Shown: positions 1 to 9,715 of the stretch, one piece after another
How positions within the stretch are numbered: the first letter of the stretch is position 1
Layout: each line of letters begins with the position of its first letter
Source: an uncultured Verrucomicrobiales bacterium
GTDB lineage: Bacteria; Verrucomicrobiota; Verrucomicrobiia; Limisphaerales; Palsa-1400
NCBI GenBank assembly: GCA_903898185.1
Contig: CAIUEN010000523.1
Location: 1 to 46,911 of the forward strand
Direction: 5' to 3'
Length of the DNA: 46,911 nt
The notes under the pieces: model-generated
Database searches by the model: none
The model's input: the letters and a program-made list of their open reading frames with translations, nothing else
Told to the model about the DNA's origin: nothing
Translations under genes and position numbers: made by a program

Positions 1-164
1 CCGCTTTTCTCACTATCCGAAGTCTTTTGCCCGGCAATTCGCATTTTGGCAGGGGGCTGTTGGGTTGAATCTCAAATTTGAAATTTGAAATCCACAACTG
101 AATATCTGACGTTACATGAGAATAAGGATGGGCGAGAGAAACAGAAGTTTTTGTCAGAATTCCT

Positions 165-245
165 CACTTCATTATTGGAAATTCCTTGTTCGATATTGGA
201 TATTCATTGGGTATTCTTGCTTGCCTGCCATAATGAGAATTGCTG
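165..245. repeat. Right end of MITE-like family C (inner inverted-repeat arm plus outer terminal repeat)
   Basis: cacttcattattggaaattccttgttcgatattggatattc...attgggtattcttgcttgcctgccataatgagaattgctg matches 35330-35370 and 35394-35432 almost exactly. Confidence 0.85.
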
Positions 246-322
246 ATTCCAACTGGGCTTTTCTTAACTCAATTGTAGTGAGGCATGCCCCACAGGGTTG
301 CTTTCCTGTAACGCGCACAATG

Positions 323-380
323 TCAGCGTCTTGCTGACACTCTCCGGAAAGAAAGGCACAGGCAAGATGGCCTACGCTAC
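323..380 (-). repeat. Degenerate copy of GTAG-type REP/MITE family A
   Basis: tcagcgtcttgctgacactc...ggcacaggcaagatggcctacgctac resembles the family A copy at 21310-21368. Confidence 0.7.
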
Positions 381-393
381 CTGCTGGCAAGCT

Positions 394-2073
394 CTACTGT
401 CCCACCTTGTATAACAGAATTTGGGCGGGACCATTGGTTGCATGTGGCACGGCGACGGCGAGGGTTTGCAGCTCGGGGATGAACAGGCCGGTTCGAGCTT
501 GGGGACGTGTCCAGATGCGAGTCAACAATACGGCTTCTGCGGCATTGTCGGGGACCATGAAAATGTCAATGGCGCCTTCACCGCCGATCACGTAGAGACG
601 TTTCAACGCGTCGTCATAAAACAGGCCGGCGGCGTCGCCGACGCACGGCGACTGAAAGAGCAGACGTCCCGTGCCGGTGTGATAGGCCAGGATGCAGGCT
701 GGCTTGCGGCAGCCGACAAATAGCCGGCTTTTTGCGGCGTCCAATGCCATTGGGAAGTTCTGCTCGGCAGCGCTTATTGACCATGAGGCTGAAGTCCTCC
801 ATTTGGACGATCTGACATCAATCACGGCAATCTGACGAGCATCGGGCACATTGACGAAAACCTGGCGATGTATGAAGTCGAATTGAAATGATTCAGGATG
901 CGCTGGCAGTTGGATTTGTGACAGGAGCGATGTTTGTTGTCCTGCTTTGTTTGGGTTGAAGAACGAGATGTCGATTCCTGTCAGGAGCCCCAGTCCTGAC
1001 TCCACCCGGGAGCCGACAAAAGCCATGTGGTCATCCAAACGGATATTGTCGGCGTTTTGTCCAAGATTGATTCGTGGTCCTTCTTCAAATGAATTGGCGT
1101 CGAAGCTGCGAACAGATCCATCGTTGCGGCTGCAGACCAGCAAACGGTTGGCGTCCGGCGCGAACGCCAAGCCTTGGGGTTCGTTGATTCCGGTAATCTG
1201 ACGGATCCGGCGGCCTGCCTTTAGATCAATCACCTCAACCGAATGATTCTCCGGCGCTGCGACAAAGAGTCGGCCTGTCTTGGGGGCGGCGGCAAAGTAA
1301 TCCAAGCGTCCATCCACTCCTTCGAGTGGGATCGAATTAATGCGCTTCATGCTTGGAGGTTCCAACATCGAAACCAGGAAATCCGCAGGCACTGTGGGAT
1401 TGGCCAAATGGCGGATGTCTCCTTCGAAAATAACGCGATTGGCCTCGACTCTAAATTTTGTTTTTCCGGCCAACGATGTTGCTTCGAGCAGTTCCCAACC
1501 GGTCAGATCGGATGCCGCGAAGCTGTGGCGGAAGAAATGATGGCTTTGAAGCGAGTTCGAGCTCGGTTCCACATGGATTCCCAAGGTCTTGGCCAGAAAT
1601 GGTTGGAGCGCACCCCAGTCTTGGTCGTCGAAACGAGCTTCCGAAGCTAATCGCGCGGCTTTGATGCGCTCGGCGGTGGGAGTGTCTGAGACAAAGCCGA
1701 TGGGATCCAGAGGATCTTCATCGGTGTGCAAGATGAGGAATGGGGCGCGCCAGATGGCGTGAAGTGGAGTCTGGTTAGTCAGAGCCACCACTGCGTCGGA
1801 CAGGCTGGGGTTGGGATTTTGCATGCGAACATGAACTCGGTGGAAGAAATAGAGTTCATCGGTTGCGCCCGGCATGAAAATCAGCGATTTCACCGATTTG
1901 CACCCATGAAACGCCTGGAGCATCAGCGGAATGCAATTGGTCTCATTGAGCTCGGAGGGATTGCCGCGCAAAGGCATCCGCGCCAAATCCTCGCGCCAGT
2001 CGGCTTGAACAGACGCTGCAAGGCACAAGAGCGCGGCCATTACGACGCATGGCGTTCGGTTGACGCAGGGCAT
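394..2073 (-). CDS. Exported protein: uncharacterised N-terminal domain fused to a YncE/YVTN-like beta-propeller
   Basis: Signal-peptide-like N-terminus (VVMAALLCLAASVQA). The C-terminal ~320 aa have YncE-type blades (GRLDY, RLFVAA..NHSVEVIDL, EPQGLAF, AHPESFQ, NFPMALD..RLFVGCRKP, ARTGLF). Confidence 0.75.
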   Translation of the reverse strand: MPCVNRTPCVVMAALLCLAASVQADWREDLARMPLRGNPSELNETNCIPLMLQAFHGCKSVKSLIFMPGATDELYFFHRVHVRMQNPNPSLSDAVVALTNQTPLHAIWRAPFLILHTDEDPLDPIGFVSDTPTAERIKAARLASEARFDDQDWGALQPFLAKTLGIHVEPSSNSLQSHHFFRHSFAASDLTGWELLEATSLAGKTKFRVEANRVIFEGDIRHLANPTVPADFLVSMLEPPSMKRINSIPLEGVDGRLDYFAAAPKTGRLFVAAPENHSVEVIDLKAGRRIRQITGINEPQGLAFAPDANRLLVCSRNDGSVRSFDANSFEEGPRINLGQNADNIRLDDHMAFVGSRVESGLGLLTGIDISFFNPNKAGQQTSLLSQIQLPAHPESFQFDFIHRQVFVNVPDARQIAVIDVRSSKWRTSASWSISAAEQNFPMALDAAKSRLFVGCRKPACILAYHTGTGRLLFQSPCVGDAAGLFYDDALKRLYVIGGEGAIDIFMVPDNAAEAVLLTRIWTRPQARTGLFIPELQTLAVAVPHATNGPAQILLYKVGQ

Positions 2074-2148
2074 GGTATCTTGGGGCTGAGGTCACCATGA
2101 TTCAACGATGTCATTGAGCCGCGGTGTCCTCGCCACAGTGTCGTGCCG

Positions 2149-4005
2149 CTAAATCACCATATCCGCAACCGTTCGTCCGGCGGGGATGAATGGGAGCACA
2201 TGCTCGGTGTTCGGACAAATCACATCCAGCAAATACGGCTGATCTGAGTCGAGCATGCGCTGGATCGCTCCGCGCAAATCCTGCCGGTACATGACACGTT
2301 CGGCGGGGACGTTGAAGCTGTTGGCCACGGCCACGTAATCGGGATAAATCTTTTTCCGGCATTCGGGATCGCCCAAGTAAGTATTGCCACGGTTGCCTTT
2401 GTAAAATCTATCCTCCCACTGCATGACCATGCCCAAGTGCTGGTTGTTTAGAATAATCACCTTGGCGGCAATTCTTTCAATGTGCGCGCAGGCCAGTTCC
2501 TGGACGTTCATCAGAAACGCGCCGTCGCCGTCAATATCAACAACCTGGCGATCAGGGAACGCCACCTTTGCTCCCATGGCTGCGGGATAGCCAAAGCCCA
2601 TGGAACCGAGCCCTCCGCTGGTCAGGAATTGGCGGGGATCCTTGAACTTATAGAATTGCCCGGTCCACATCTGGTGCTGGCCGACACCGGTTGAGATGAT
2701 CGCATCTCCTTTGGTCAATTCATACAGCATCTCAATTGCCATTTGTGGAAGAATCACATCGCCCTCGCGGCCTTTGAGATGATCTTGAACGTGGTCCGAA
2801 CGCATGATTTCTGAGGTCAGCTCATAGCGGAACGGAGCGCGTTGCTTCCATTCGGCGACTTGCGCGTGCCAAGCGGAAAGATCGCGAGAGAGCGAGCGTT
2901 TGGCCAGCATCTCGTTCAAACGGCCCAAGGCATATTTGATGTCGCTCTCAATGGCCAACTGTGCTTTCTTGTTCTTGTTATGCTCGGACCGGTCGATGTC
3001 GATATGGACAATCGTTCCGCCCTTGCAGAATTCGTCGAGCTTGCCGGTCACACGGTCGTCGAAGCGGACTCCAAACGCCAGCAGCAGGTCGGCGCCAGGA
3101 TTGATCTTCACCATCGGTTCGTCCACGCTCTTGCGATGCTTGTACTCGCCGTTGACCGCCCAATTGGCGAAGGCTGCGCCATGCATGCCCAGCCATCGAA
3201 GCGAGAGGGGATGCGTCTCGGGGAACGCGCCGCACCCCATTAACGTGGTGGTCACCGGGATTTGGGTCTTTTCGACGAATTCCCGCAGTTCAGCCGAGGC
3301 TTCACCGGTGATGATGCCGCCGCCGCAATAGAGCACCGGGCGCTCCGCTTTTTCGATCAGGTCGATAACGCGCGTCAGAGATGCGTCATCCGCCTTTCGG
3401 ATGGGATCATAACCGCGCAAGTTCACCTCGGTGGGCCAAACGGGCTTGGCCTTGGTTTGCTGGAGGTTCTTGGGGAAATCGATCAACACGGGTCCCGGTC
3501 GGCCAGTTCGGGCCACATAAAGAGCCTCTTTGACAATTCGCGTGATGTCGTTGACGTCGGTAATAAGGTAACTGTGTTTGACGATGGGAAGCGTGATGCC
3601 GTAAATGTCGATTTCCTGGAAAGCGCTTTTGCCGATCATTGCCTGTGCCACCTGGCCGGTAATGGCCACAAGCGGAACAGAATCCATGTAACAATCGGCG
3701 ATGGCGGTGACCAGGTTTGTCGCGCCGGGGCCGCTGGTGGCCATGCAGACTCCGGGCTTGCCGGTGGCTCGGGCGTAACCGGCGGCGGCAAATGATCCGC
3801 CTTGCTCGTGCCGGGGAAGAATGGTGCGAATGGTCGAACGGGTCAGCGACTGGTGAATTTCCAAGCTGGCGCCGCCGGGGTAGGCGAAGATGTGCTCGAC
3901 GCCTTCGCGTTCAAGAGACCTCACCAATATATCGCAACCGAGCATCAGCTCACCGGAGTCGGCTTGCGGGGCCGGGTTCGATTTTGTTTCTGTTTTGTGT
4001 GTCAT
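2149..4005 (-). CDS. ilvB: Acetolactate synthase large (catalytic) subunit
   Basis: [51 protein letters not shown] and ThDP motif GDGAF...NN; MVMQWE. Confidence 0.95.
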   Translation of the reverse strand: MTHKTETKSNPAPQADSGELMLGCDILVRSLEREGVEHIFAYPGGASLEIHQSLTRSTIRTILPRHEQGGSFAAAGYARATGKPGVCMATSGPGATNLVTAIADCYMDSVPLVAITGQVAQAMIGKSAFQEIDIYGITLPIVKHSYLITDVNDITRIVKEALYVARTGRPGPVLIDFPKNLQQTKAKPVWPTEVNLRGYDPIRKADDASLTRVIDLIEKAERPVLYCGGGIITGEASAELREFVEKTQIPVTTTLMGCGAFPETHPLSLRWLGMHGAAFANWAVNGEYKHRKSVDEPMVKINPGADLLLAFGVRFDDRVTGKLDEFCKGGTIVHIDIDRSEHNKNKKAQLAIESDIKYALGRLNEMLAKRSLSRDLSAWHAQVAEWKQRAPFRYELTSEIMRSDHVQDHLKGREGDVILPQMAIEMLYELTKGDAIISTGVGQHQMWTGQFYKFKDPRQFLTSGGLGSMGFGYPAAMGAKVAFPDRQVVDIDGDGAFLMNVQELACAHIERIAAKVIILNNQHLGMVMQWEDRFYKGNRGNTYLGDPECRKKIYPDYVAVANSFNVPAERVMYRQDLRGAIQRMLDSDQPYLLDVICPNTEHVLPFIPAGRTVADMVI

Positions 4006-4043
4006 ATCTATTTTGCTCTATTTTGGCTGATGGTCATGCGCAT

Positions 4044-4076
4044 AAAAAAACCCACGACCGTTTCCAGCCGTGGGTT
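4044..4076 (-). terminator. Attenuator terminator upstream of ilvB
   Basis: Minus strand aacccacggc-tggaaacg-gtcgtgggtt followed by a T run, about 40 nt upstream of the ilvB start. Confidence 0.85.
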
Positions 4077-4092
4077 CTTGTTTAAAGCTATG

Positions 4093-4173
4093 CTAAGCGC
4101 AACAAGCACCTGCGGCGTAATCGTCTGTTACGACTACGACACTTACCAGAACTTGCAGCGTATTTGAATTCAT
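4093..4173 (-). CDS. ilv attenuation leader peptide MNSNTLQVLVSVVVVTDDYAAGACCA (26 aa)
   Basis: ATG 4173 to TAG 4093 with a Leu/Val cluster (LQVLVSVVVV). Followed by an antiterminator-capable segment and a terminator. Not in the ORF track (below its size cutoff). Confidence 0.85.
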   Translation of the reverse strand: MNSNTLQVLVSVVVVTDDYAAGACCA

Positions 4174-4182
4174 TACGTTGCG

Positions 4183-4211
4183 AGGCTAGACGAACAGTTT
4201 CGAACGGTCAA
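4183..4211 (-). promoter_or_regulatory. Sigma70-like promoter of the ilv leader
   Basis: TTGACC-17 nt-TAGCCT on the minus strand, ending 9 nt before the leader ATG. Confidence 0.6.
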
Positions 4212-4255
4212 GCGCCTTATTTGGCATTTAAGAAAGTCGCTTGATTGCGGATATT

Positions 4256-4327
4256 TATACTGTAAACGGGTAAGATCGTTCCTTGTTCTCGGCGCAAAAA
4301 ATAACATTCTTACCCGTTCAAAGTATA
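4256..4327. repeat. 72-bp palindromic MITE-like family B, copy 1
   Basis: tatactgtaaacgggtaaga...tcttacccgttcaaagtata terminal inverted repeats; second copy at 24892-24963. Confidence 0.8.
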
Positions 4328-4405
4328 GCATAGGCATCCTTGCCTGCGCCCCTCTTCCGGCGAGCGTCAGCGAGACGCTAATTTCTCCTTCTGACCTGAA
4401 CAGTT
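4326..4405 (+). repeat. REP/MITE family A copy overlapping the 3' end of the DAHP synthase gene
   Basis: tagcataggcatccttgcctgcgcccct...gagcgtcagcgagacgctaatttctccttctgacctgaacagtt is nearly identical to 21192-21273 and 22902-22983. Confidence 0.85.
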
Positions 4406-5803
4406 GGTGATGGTGTTCTCTTTGTTTCGGTTGCGGGCCATGAGACGGGCCAGCAAGAAAGCCATTTCGAGGGCTTGCTCGCCGTTAAGCCGGGGATCGA
4501 CTGGAGTTCGATAGTCCCTCCCCAAGTCTGCTTCGGTCACGCCGCTGGCGCCGCCAATGCATTCGGTCACGTTTTCACCTGTCAATTCAAAATGAACACC
4601 GCCCAGATGGGCATTGTGATCCCGCAAGATGAGGAATGCCTTTTCCAGTTCCGCCAGGATCTTTTCAAAACGCCGGGTCTTGACGCCGGAGGCCGTGATC
4701 TCTGTGTTTTTATGCATCGGATCGCAGCACCAGAGAACCGACTGTCCGGCTTCTTGAACAGCCTTGATGATTGGTGGAAACGTGGCTTCGATTTCGTCTG
4801 CGCCAAATCGGTGGACTAGCGTGAGTTTGCCGGGCTCGTTGTGAGGGTTGAGAATTTGGCACAGGCTCACCACTTCGTCGGGCGTGATGGGGGCGCCGAT
4901 CTTCAATGCCACCGGGTTTTGAATGCCGCGAAAAAACTCGACATGGGCGCCGTTCAGAGCGCGGGTGCGATTGCCAATCCACGGAAAATGAGCGCAGAGA
5001 TCATACCATCCGACGCGGCGCGGCACCTGGCGCGTCTGAGCTTGTTCATAATGCAGCAACAATCCTTCGTGACTGGTGAAAAAATCGACGCGATTCATGT
5101 CGGTCAACGAGGTGCCGGTAACCGTCTCCATAAACTGAAGCGATTCGCGGATGGAATCGACCATGTGCGTGTATTCGCCTGCCAAGGGCGAATTGTGGAC
5201 AAATTGCATGTTCCAATATTCGGGATGATGCAAGTCGGCAAATCCGCCGTCGATCAGCGCCCGAATGAAGTTGATCGTCAGCGCCGAGCGCTCATATCCG
5301 CGCAGCAGCAAAGCCGGATCGGGAATGCGTTCGGCCTTCGAAAATCCAGGACGATTCACAAGATCGCCTCGATAGACTGGCAGCGAGATTCCGTCGCGCA
5401 TTTCCGTTTCCGAAGAGCGCGGCTTGGCGTACTGTCCGGCAAAGCGCCCGACCCGTATGACCCGTTGGCGGCTGCCGTGGACAAGCACCAAGCTCATTTG
5501 CAGAAGAATTTTAAGCTTCGCCGCGATCTGAGTGGGCTCGCAGTCCTCGAATGTCTCCGAGCAGTCGCCTCCCTGAAGCAGAAAACGCCCGCCCCGGACG
5601 GCTTCGGCCAACTGAGATTTCAAACTCTCGACTTCCCAACTGGAAACCAGCGGCGGCAACCGGGAAAGCTGGGCTAACACCGCCCGTAACTCCTTATCGT
5701 CTGGATATGAAGGCTGCTGCAAAGCCCGTTTCATCTGCCATGAATTGGGTCGCCACGAGCTCGCAGGATCGGTTGGCTGAGTTAAAGGATTGGCTGAATG
5801 CAT
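4367..5803 (-). CDS. Class II 3-deoxy-7-phosphoheptulonate (DAHP) synthase
   Basis: LLQGGDCSE, GRFAGQYAKPRS, YRGD, TSHEGLLL.YE, WIGNRT, CDPMH.NT, GGVHFELTG, DPRLN. Start placed at ATG 5803; the track's GTG 5959 extension is doubtful. Confidence 0.93.
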   Translation of the reverse strand: MHSANPLTQPTDPASSWRPNSWQMKRALQQPSYPDDKELRAVLAQLSRLPPLVSSWEVESLKSQLAEAVRGGRFLLQGGDCSETFEDCEPTQIAAKLKILLQMSLVLVHGSRQRVIRVGRFAGQYAKPRSSETEMRDGISLPVYRGDLVNRPGFSKAERIPDPALLLRGYERSALTINFIRALIDGGFADLHHPEYWNMQFVHNSPLAGEYTHMVDSIRESLQFMETVTGTSLTDMNRVDFFTSHEGLLLHYEQAQTRQVPRRVGWYDLCAHFPWIGNRTRALNGAHVEFFRGIQNPVALKIGAPITPDEVVSLCQILNPHNEPGKLTLVHRFGADEIEATFPPIIKAVQEAGQSVLWCCDPMHKNTEITASGVKTRRFEKILAELEKAFLILRDHNAHLGGVHFELTGENVTECIGGASGVTEADLGRDYRTPVDPRLNGEQALEMAFLLARLMARNRNKENTITNCSGQKEKLASR

Positions 5804-5998
5804 CGTCAAATCACCGTCACGCTGCCACAGGAGAACGGAGGATGCAACGAAAACGCCAAAGTAGAACAGGCATCCTTGCCTGTTCCGGGCAAAGGGGAAA
5901 ATCCAAACAGGATCAAAAGAATTGATGAATTGGAAGAAGGGGTGGGCTTTTGGTAACACTTACGTTTTCGCGGATTGCATTCCCGGAACTAAATTGCT

Positions 5999-6601
5999 AT
6001 GAGCAATGCTATGTTGAAACTGTTTAAACTGGAAAACGTAATTCCAGAGCTGCGAGCCAAATTCGAAGAAGCTGGCATTAATGGCGAAAAGCTGATCCAT
6101 GTGGCGACTTTTGCCAAGTCGCCTGGATTGCCAGTGCCGCCCTCCCAGCAGCAGAGCAGTCGTTCGGTGGTGCGCATAGCCTTTGGCGAATCAATCATAC
6201 GTTGGGATGCGCAATCATTGCCATTGCTGTTCCGCGGCAGCAAGAAGCCGCCGGTGTTTAGAGGCGCACCGCCAGAGGATTACAATCTGATTTTCATGTT
6301 TCTTGAGCTTCAGATTGTGGAGTTCGGGCGCGTCGTTGGAGAGCCCAAGGATGTCGAGATGGAGGAGATCTATTCGTTGGTGCGACGGCGTCCCGATGGC
6401 AAAAGCATTGGCGCGCTCCACGATCATGTGTGGCAATCTGTGGCACTGATGCTGGGTGTTTTTCCGCTCAGCCGCGAGGAATTCGAGGCCATGTTGGGCA
6501 GGCTTGAGCGATCCTGCCGAAACTTCACCCTGAGCCCCAGTTCTCGCAATTACATTCAAACGTTGCGAATGACTATGGACCACAATCAGTGGAAACAGTA
6601 G
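5999..6601 (+). CDS. Hypothetical protein (200 aa)
   Basis: ATG-initiated ORF with protein-like composition filling the gap between DAHP synthase and the pyrophosphatase; no motif recognised. Confidence 0.7.
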   Translation: MSNAMLKLFKLENVIPELRAKFEEAGINGEKLIHVATFAKSPGLPVPPSQQQSSRSVVRIAFGESIIRWDAQSLPLLFRGSKKPPVFRGAPPEDYNLIFMFLELQIVEFGRVVGEPKDVEMEEIYSLVRRRPDGKSIGALHDHVWQSVALMLGVFPLSREEFEAMLGRLERSCRNFTLSPSSRNYIQTLRMTMDHNQWKQ

Positions 6602-6637
6602 ATCGCGCAGATCCCGTTGAACATTTACAAAAAAGTA

Positions 6638-6666
6638 TTGCGTTTGCCGATTTGCCTCGCGATACT
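6638..6666 (+). promoter_or_regulatory. Possible sigma70 promoter for the membrane pyrophosphatase
   Basis: TTGCGT-17 nt-GATACT, 11 nt upstream of ATG 6678. Confidence 0.35.
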
Positions 6667-6677
6667 TTAATCCAATT

Positions 6678-9128
6678 ATGTTAATGACTAAGTATTGGTG
6701 TCGGACAGCGGGGCTACTCGCTGCCGTCGGTGTTTCGCCCGCGGCTTTCGCGAGTGAAGCAGATATTAAGCTTCCTGATCTGAACGCGGTTAAGTTCGCA
6801 ATTGGCGATGGGGCTTTCGCCGGGATGAACATTCTATACGCCGGATTGTTTGTTTGCTTGCTTGGCGTGATTTTCGGTTTGGTTCAGTATGCGCAGACCA
6901 AGGCTCTGCCGGTTCACAAGCAGATGGCGTTTGTCTCGAACACCATTTGGGAAACCTGCAAAACCTACCTTGCCCAGCAAGGCAAGTTCCTTGCGATTCT
7001 GTGGGTTTTGATCGCGGCCTGCATGGCATACTACTTCCTGGGTTTGGAGCACAAGCCCATGGGCGACTTTATGATCATCCTAGGTTGCTCGGTACTGGGC
7101 ATCTTGGGTTCCTATGCTGTGGCTTGGTTTGGCATCCGTATCAATACGGTCGCCAACTCACGCACCGCCTTTTCCTCGCTCAAGGGAAACCCTCTCGCGA
7201 CGCTGTTGATTCCGCTCAAGTCGGGCATGAGCGTCGGCATGCTGCTCGTCAGTGTTGAGTTGTTCTTCATGATCTGTATTTTGGCGTTTCTGCCCAAGGA
7301 ACTCGTCGGCTCCTGCTTCATCGGTTTCGCCATTGGTGAATCCCTAGGTGCCAGCGCGTTGCGTATTTGCGGCGGTATCTTCACCAAGATCGCCGATATC
7401 GGTTCTGACCTTATGAAAATCGTCTTCAATCTTCCTGAAGATGATCCGAAGAATCCAGGTGTGATCGCGGATTGCACCGGTGATAACGCGGGTGATAGTG
7501 TCGGGCCAACGGCTGACGGCTTTGAGACCTACGGTGTGACGGGCGTTGCTTTGATCACCTTCCTGGCGCTGGCTTTAGGCGAAAATCCCGCCAACATGGG
7601 TGGCAAGCTGATCATCTGGATCTTCGCGATGCGTATTTTGATGGTTATTACCTCGCTTCTCTCTTATTTCCTTAATGGCGCAGTCAGCAAAGCCAAGTAT
7701 GGCAACAAGAAGGACTTCGATCTGGAAGCTCCTCTAACTCACTTGGTCTGGATTACCTCGATCGTTTCGATTATCGTCACCTTCGTCGCAAGCAAGTTTC
7801 TGTTGGGCGACCAGCCGGACGGCCTCTGGTTCGATCTCTCAGTCATTATTAGCTGCGGCACTTTGGCTGGCGCTCTGATTCCTGAGTTCACCAAAGTGTT
7901 TACCAGCACCAATTCCCGTCACGTCAAGGAAGTGGTCAATGCTTCCGGCCACGGCGGCGCTTCGCTGAACGTACTCTCCGGGTTCGTTGCAGGTAACTTC
8001 TCCGCCTTCTGGCAGGGATTGGTCATCATGGTACTGATGTTGGTCAGTTATAAAGTTGCCCAAAATCCGGCTCTGACAATCCTGATGCCTGGTTTCGCAG
8101 CTCCGATCTTCGCCTTCGGCTTGGTCGCGTTCGGCTTCTTGGGCATGGGGCCCGTGACCATTGCGGTCGATAGCTTTGGGCCGGTGACTGACAACGCTCA
8201 ATCTGTCTATGAATTGAGCCAGATCGAAAGCATCAGCGGCATCAAAGCCGAAATCAAACGCGACTTCGGATTTGACGCTGACTTTGTAGGTGCCAAGCAC
8301 CAACTCGAAAAAGGTGACGGCGCGGGCAATACCTTTAAAGCTACGGCCAAGCCGGTGCTCATCGGCACGGCGGTCGTCGGTGCCACTACAATGGTGTTCG
8401 GCATCATCATGCTGTTAAAGAAAATTTACCCTGACGTGATCGAAAGACTCAGCTTGGTTCAACCGGAAGTGCTCTTGGGGCTGCTCATGGGCGGTTCGGT
8501 GGTTTACTGGTTCACAGGCGCTTCGACGCAGGCGGTCGTGACTGGTGCCTATCGCGCTGTGGTTTACATCAAGGAACATATCAAGCTTGACGGTGGATCC
8601 GCTTCGATCGCTGACAGTAAGGAAGTCGTGAAGATTTGCACAATCTATGCGCAAAAAGGCATGTTCAACATCTTCATCGTCATCTTCTCCTTCTCGCTAT
8701 CACTGGCGTTCTTCAATCCCTTCTTCTTCATCGGCTACTTGATCGGTCTGGCGTTCTTCGGACTGTTCCAGGCTATTTTCATGGCCAATGCCGGTGGCGC
8801 TTGGGATAATGCCAAGAAAGTCGTCGAAGTCGATCTGCGTCAGAAAGGCACCCCATTGCATGCCGCCAGCGTCGTTGGCGATACTGTGGGCGATCCATTC
8901 AAAGACACTTCATCTGTCTCGCTGAACCCGGTGATCAAGTTCACCACGCTGTTCGGTTTGCTGGCTACTGAAATTGCTGTAACCATGAAGAATCAGGATA
9001 CCAAGTGGGCCATCGGCGGCGTCTTCTTCGTCATCGCACTGATCTTCGTTTATCGCTCGTTCTACGGAATGCGCATTCCTGAGGATACTGCTTCCGGCGC
9101 GAACGCTGGCGCTGGACATGGGCACTGA
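6678..9128 (+). CDS. hppA: Membrane-bound H+(/Na+)-translocating pyrophosphatase, K+-independent-type signature
   Basis: GGIFTKIADIGSDL, EDDPKNPGVIAD..GDNAGD, DSFGPVTDNA, GNTFKA, GGAWDNAKK, GDTVGDPFKDTS; many TM helices. Confidence 0.93.
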   Translation: MLMTKYWCRTAGLLAAVGVSPAAFASEADIKLPDLNAVKFAIGDGAFAGMNILYAGLFVCLLGVIFGLVQYAQTKALPVHKQMAFVSNTIWETCKTYLAQQGKFLAILWVLIAACMAYYFLGLEHKPMGDFMIILGCSVLGILGSYAVAWFGIRINTVANSRTAFSSLKGNPLATLLIPLKSGMSVGMLLVSVELFFMICILAFLPKELVGSCFIGFAIGESLGASALRICGGIFTKIADIGSDLMKIVFNLPEDDPKNPGVIADCTGDNAGDSVGPTADGFETYGVTGVALITFLALALGENPANMGGKLIIWIFAMRILMVITSLLSYFLNGAVSKAKYGNKKDFDLEAPLTHLVWITSIVSIIVTFVASKFLLGDQPDGLWFDLSVIISCGTLAGALIPEFTKVFTSTNSRHVKEVVNASGHGGASLNVLSGFVAGNFSAFWQGLVIMVLMLVSYKVAQNPALTILMPGFAAPIFAFGLVAFGFLGMGPVTIAVDSFGPVTDNAQSVYELSQIESISGIKAEIKRDFGFDADFVGAKHQLEKGDGAGNTFKATAKPVLIGTAVVGATTMVFGIIMLLKKIYPDVIERLSLVQPEVLLGLLMGGSVVYWFTGASTQAVVTGAYRAVVYIKEHIKLDGGSASIADSKEVVKICTIYAQKGMFNIFIVIFSFSLSLAFFNPFFFIGYLIGLAFFGLFQAIFMANAGGAWDNAKKVVEVDLRQKGTPLHAASVVGDTVGDPFKDTSSVSLNPVIKFTTLFGLLATEIAVTMKNQDTKWAIGGVFFVIALIFVYRSFYGMRIPEDTASGANAGAGHGH

Positions 9129-9162
9129 GCCAGGCAACCTGACTGTACCCCATTAAATTCAC

Positions 9163-9197
9163 AACAGGAGTCGGAGCAATCCGGCTCCTGTTTTTTT
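9163..9197 (+). terminator. Rho-independent terminator after hppA
   Basis: aacaggagtcgga-gcaa-tccggctcctgtt followed by a T run. Confidence 0.85.
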
Positions 9198-9201
9198 GCG
9201 C

Positions 9202-9538
9202 TTCTCATTATGGCAGATAGGCAAGAATACCCAATCAATGGAAGATTCCTCACTTCCGGGACTGCGCATGAATGGGATTGAATATCCAATATCGAACAAG
9301 GAATGTCCAATAATGAAGTAAAAAAGCGTTCCAACCCGAGTTCAGTTCCAGTGCAGCAAAGGAGTTCGAGATATCGTTTGCGATACAATAGAAGGAGCAA
9401 AGCAGCAGGCAGGATTGATGATGTTGGAGTGAGTTCACCTTTCGCGCGTGTTCCGTATTCTGCGATTTCAATTGCCAATTCCAGGTTTGATGGCTTCCCT
9501 ACTTCATCATTGGAGATTCTTTGTTCGATATTGGATAT
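9202..9538. mobile_element. MITE-like family C copy lacking an adjacent right outer end
   Basis: Colinear and highly similar to 35039-35368, including the internal inverted-repeat arms. Confidence 0.85.
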
Positions 9539-9561
9539 GCACCGGAGGAGGAACCAGGGAA

Positions 9562-9675
9562 GGCTCACACAAAGACACAAAGACACGAAGACACGAAGAG
9601 GCAGGAAAAGAACTCTCTTTTTTCGATTCTGTTTATACCCAATCCTCTTTGTGCCTTTGTGCCTTTGTGTGAGTC
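9562..9675. repeat. Inverted pair of 8-mer tandem arrays
   Basis: (acacaaag)2(acacgaag)2 ... (ctttgtgc)2ctttgtgt around a ~40-nt spacer. Confidence 0.8.
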
Positions 9676-9715
9676 TTCCGCTGATTTGAAATTTTAAATC
9701 CAAAAACTGCAAATG

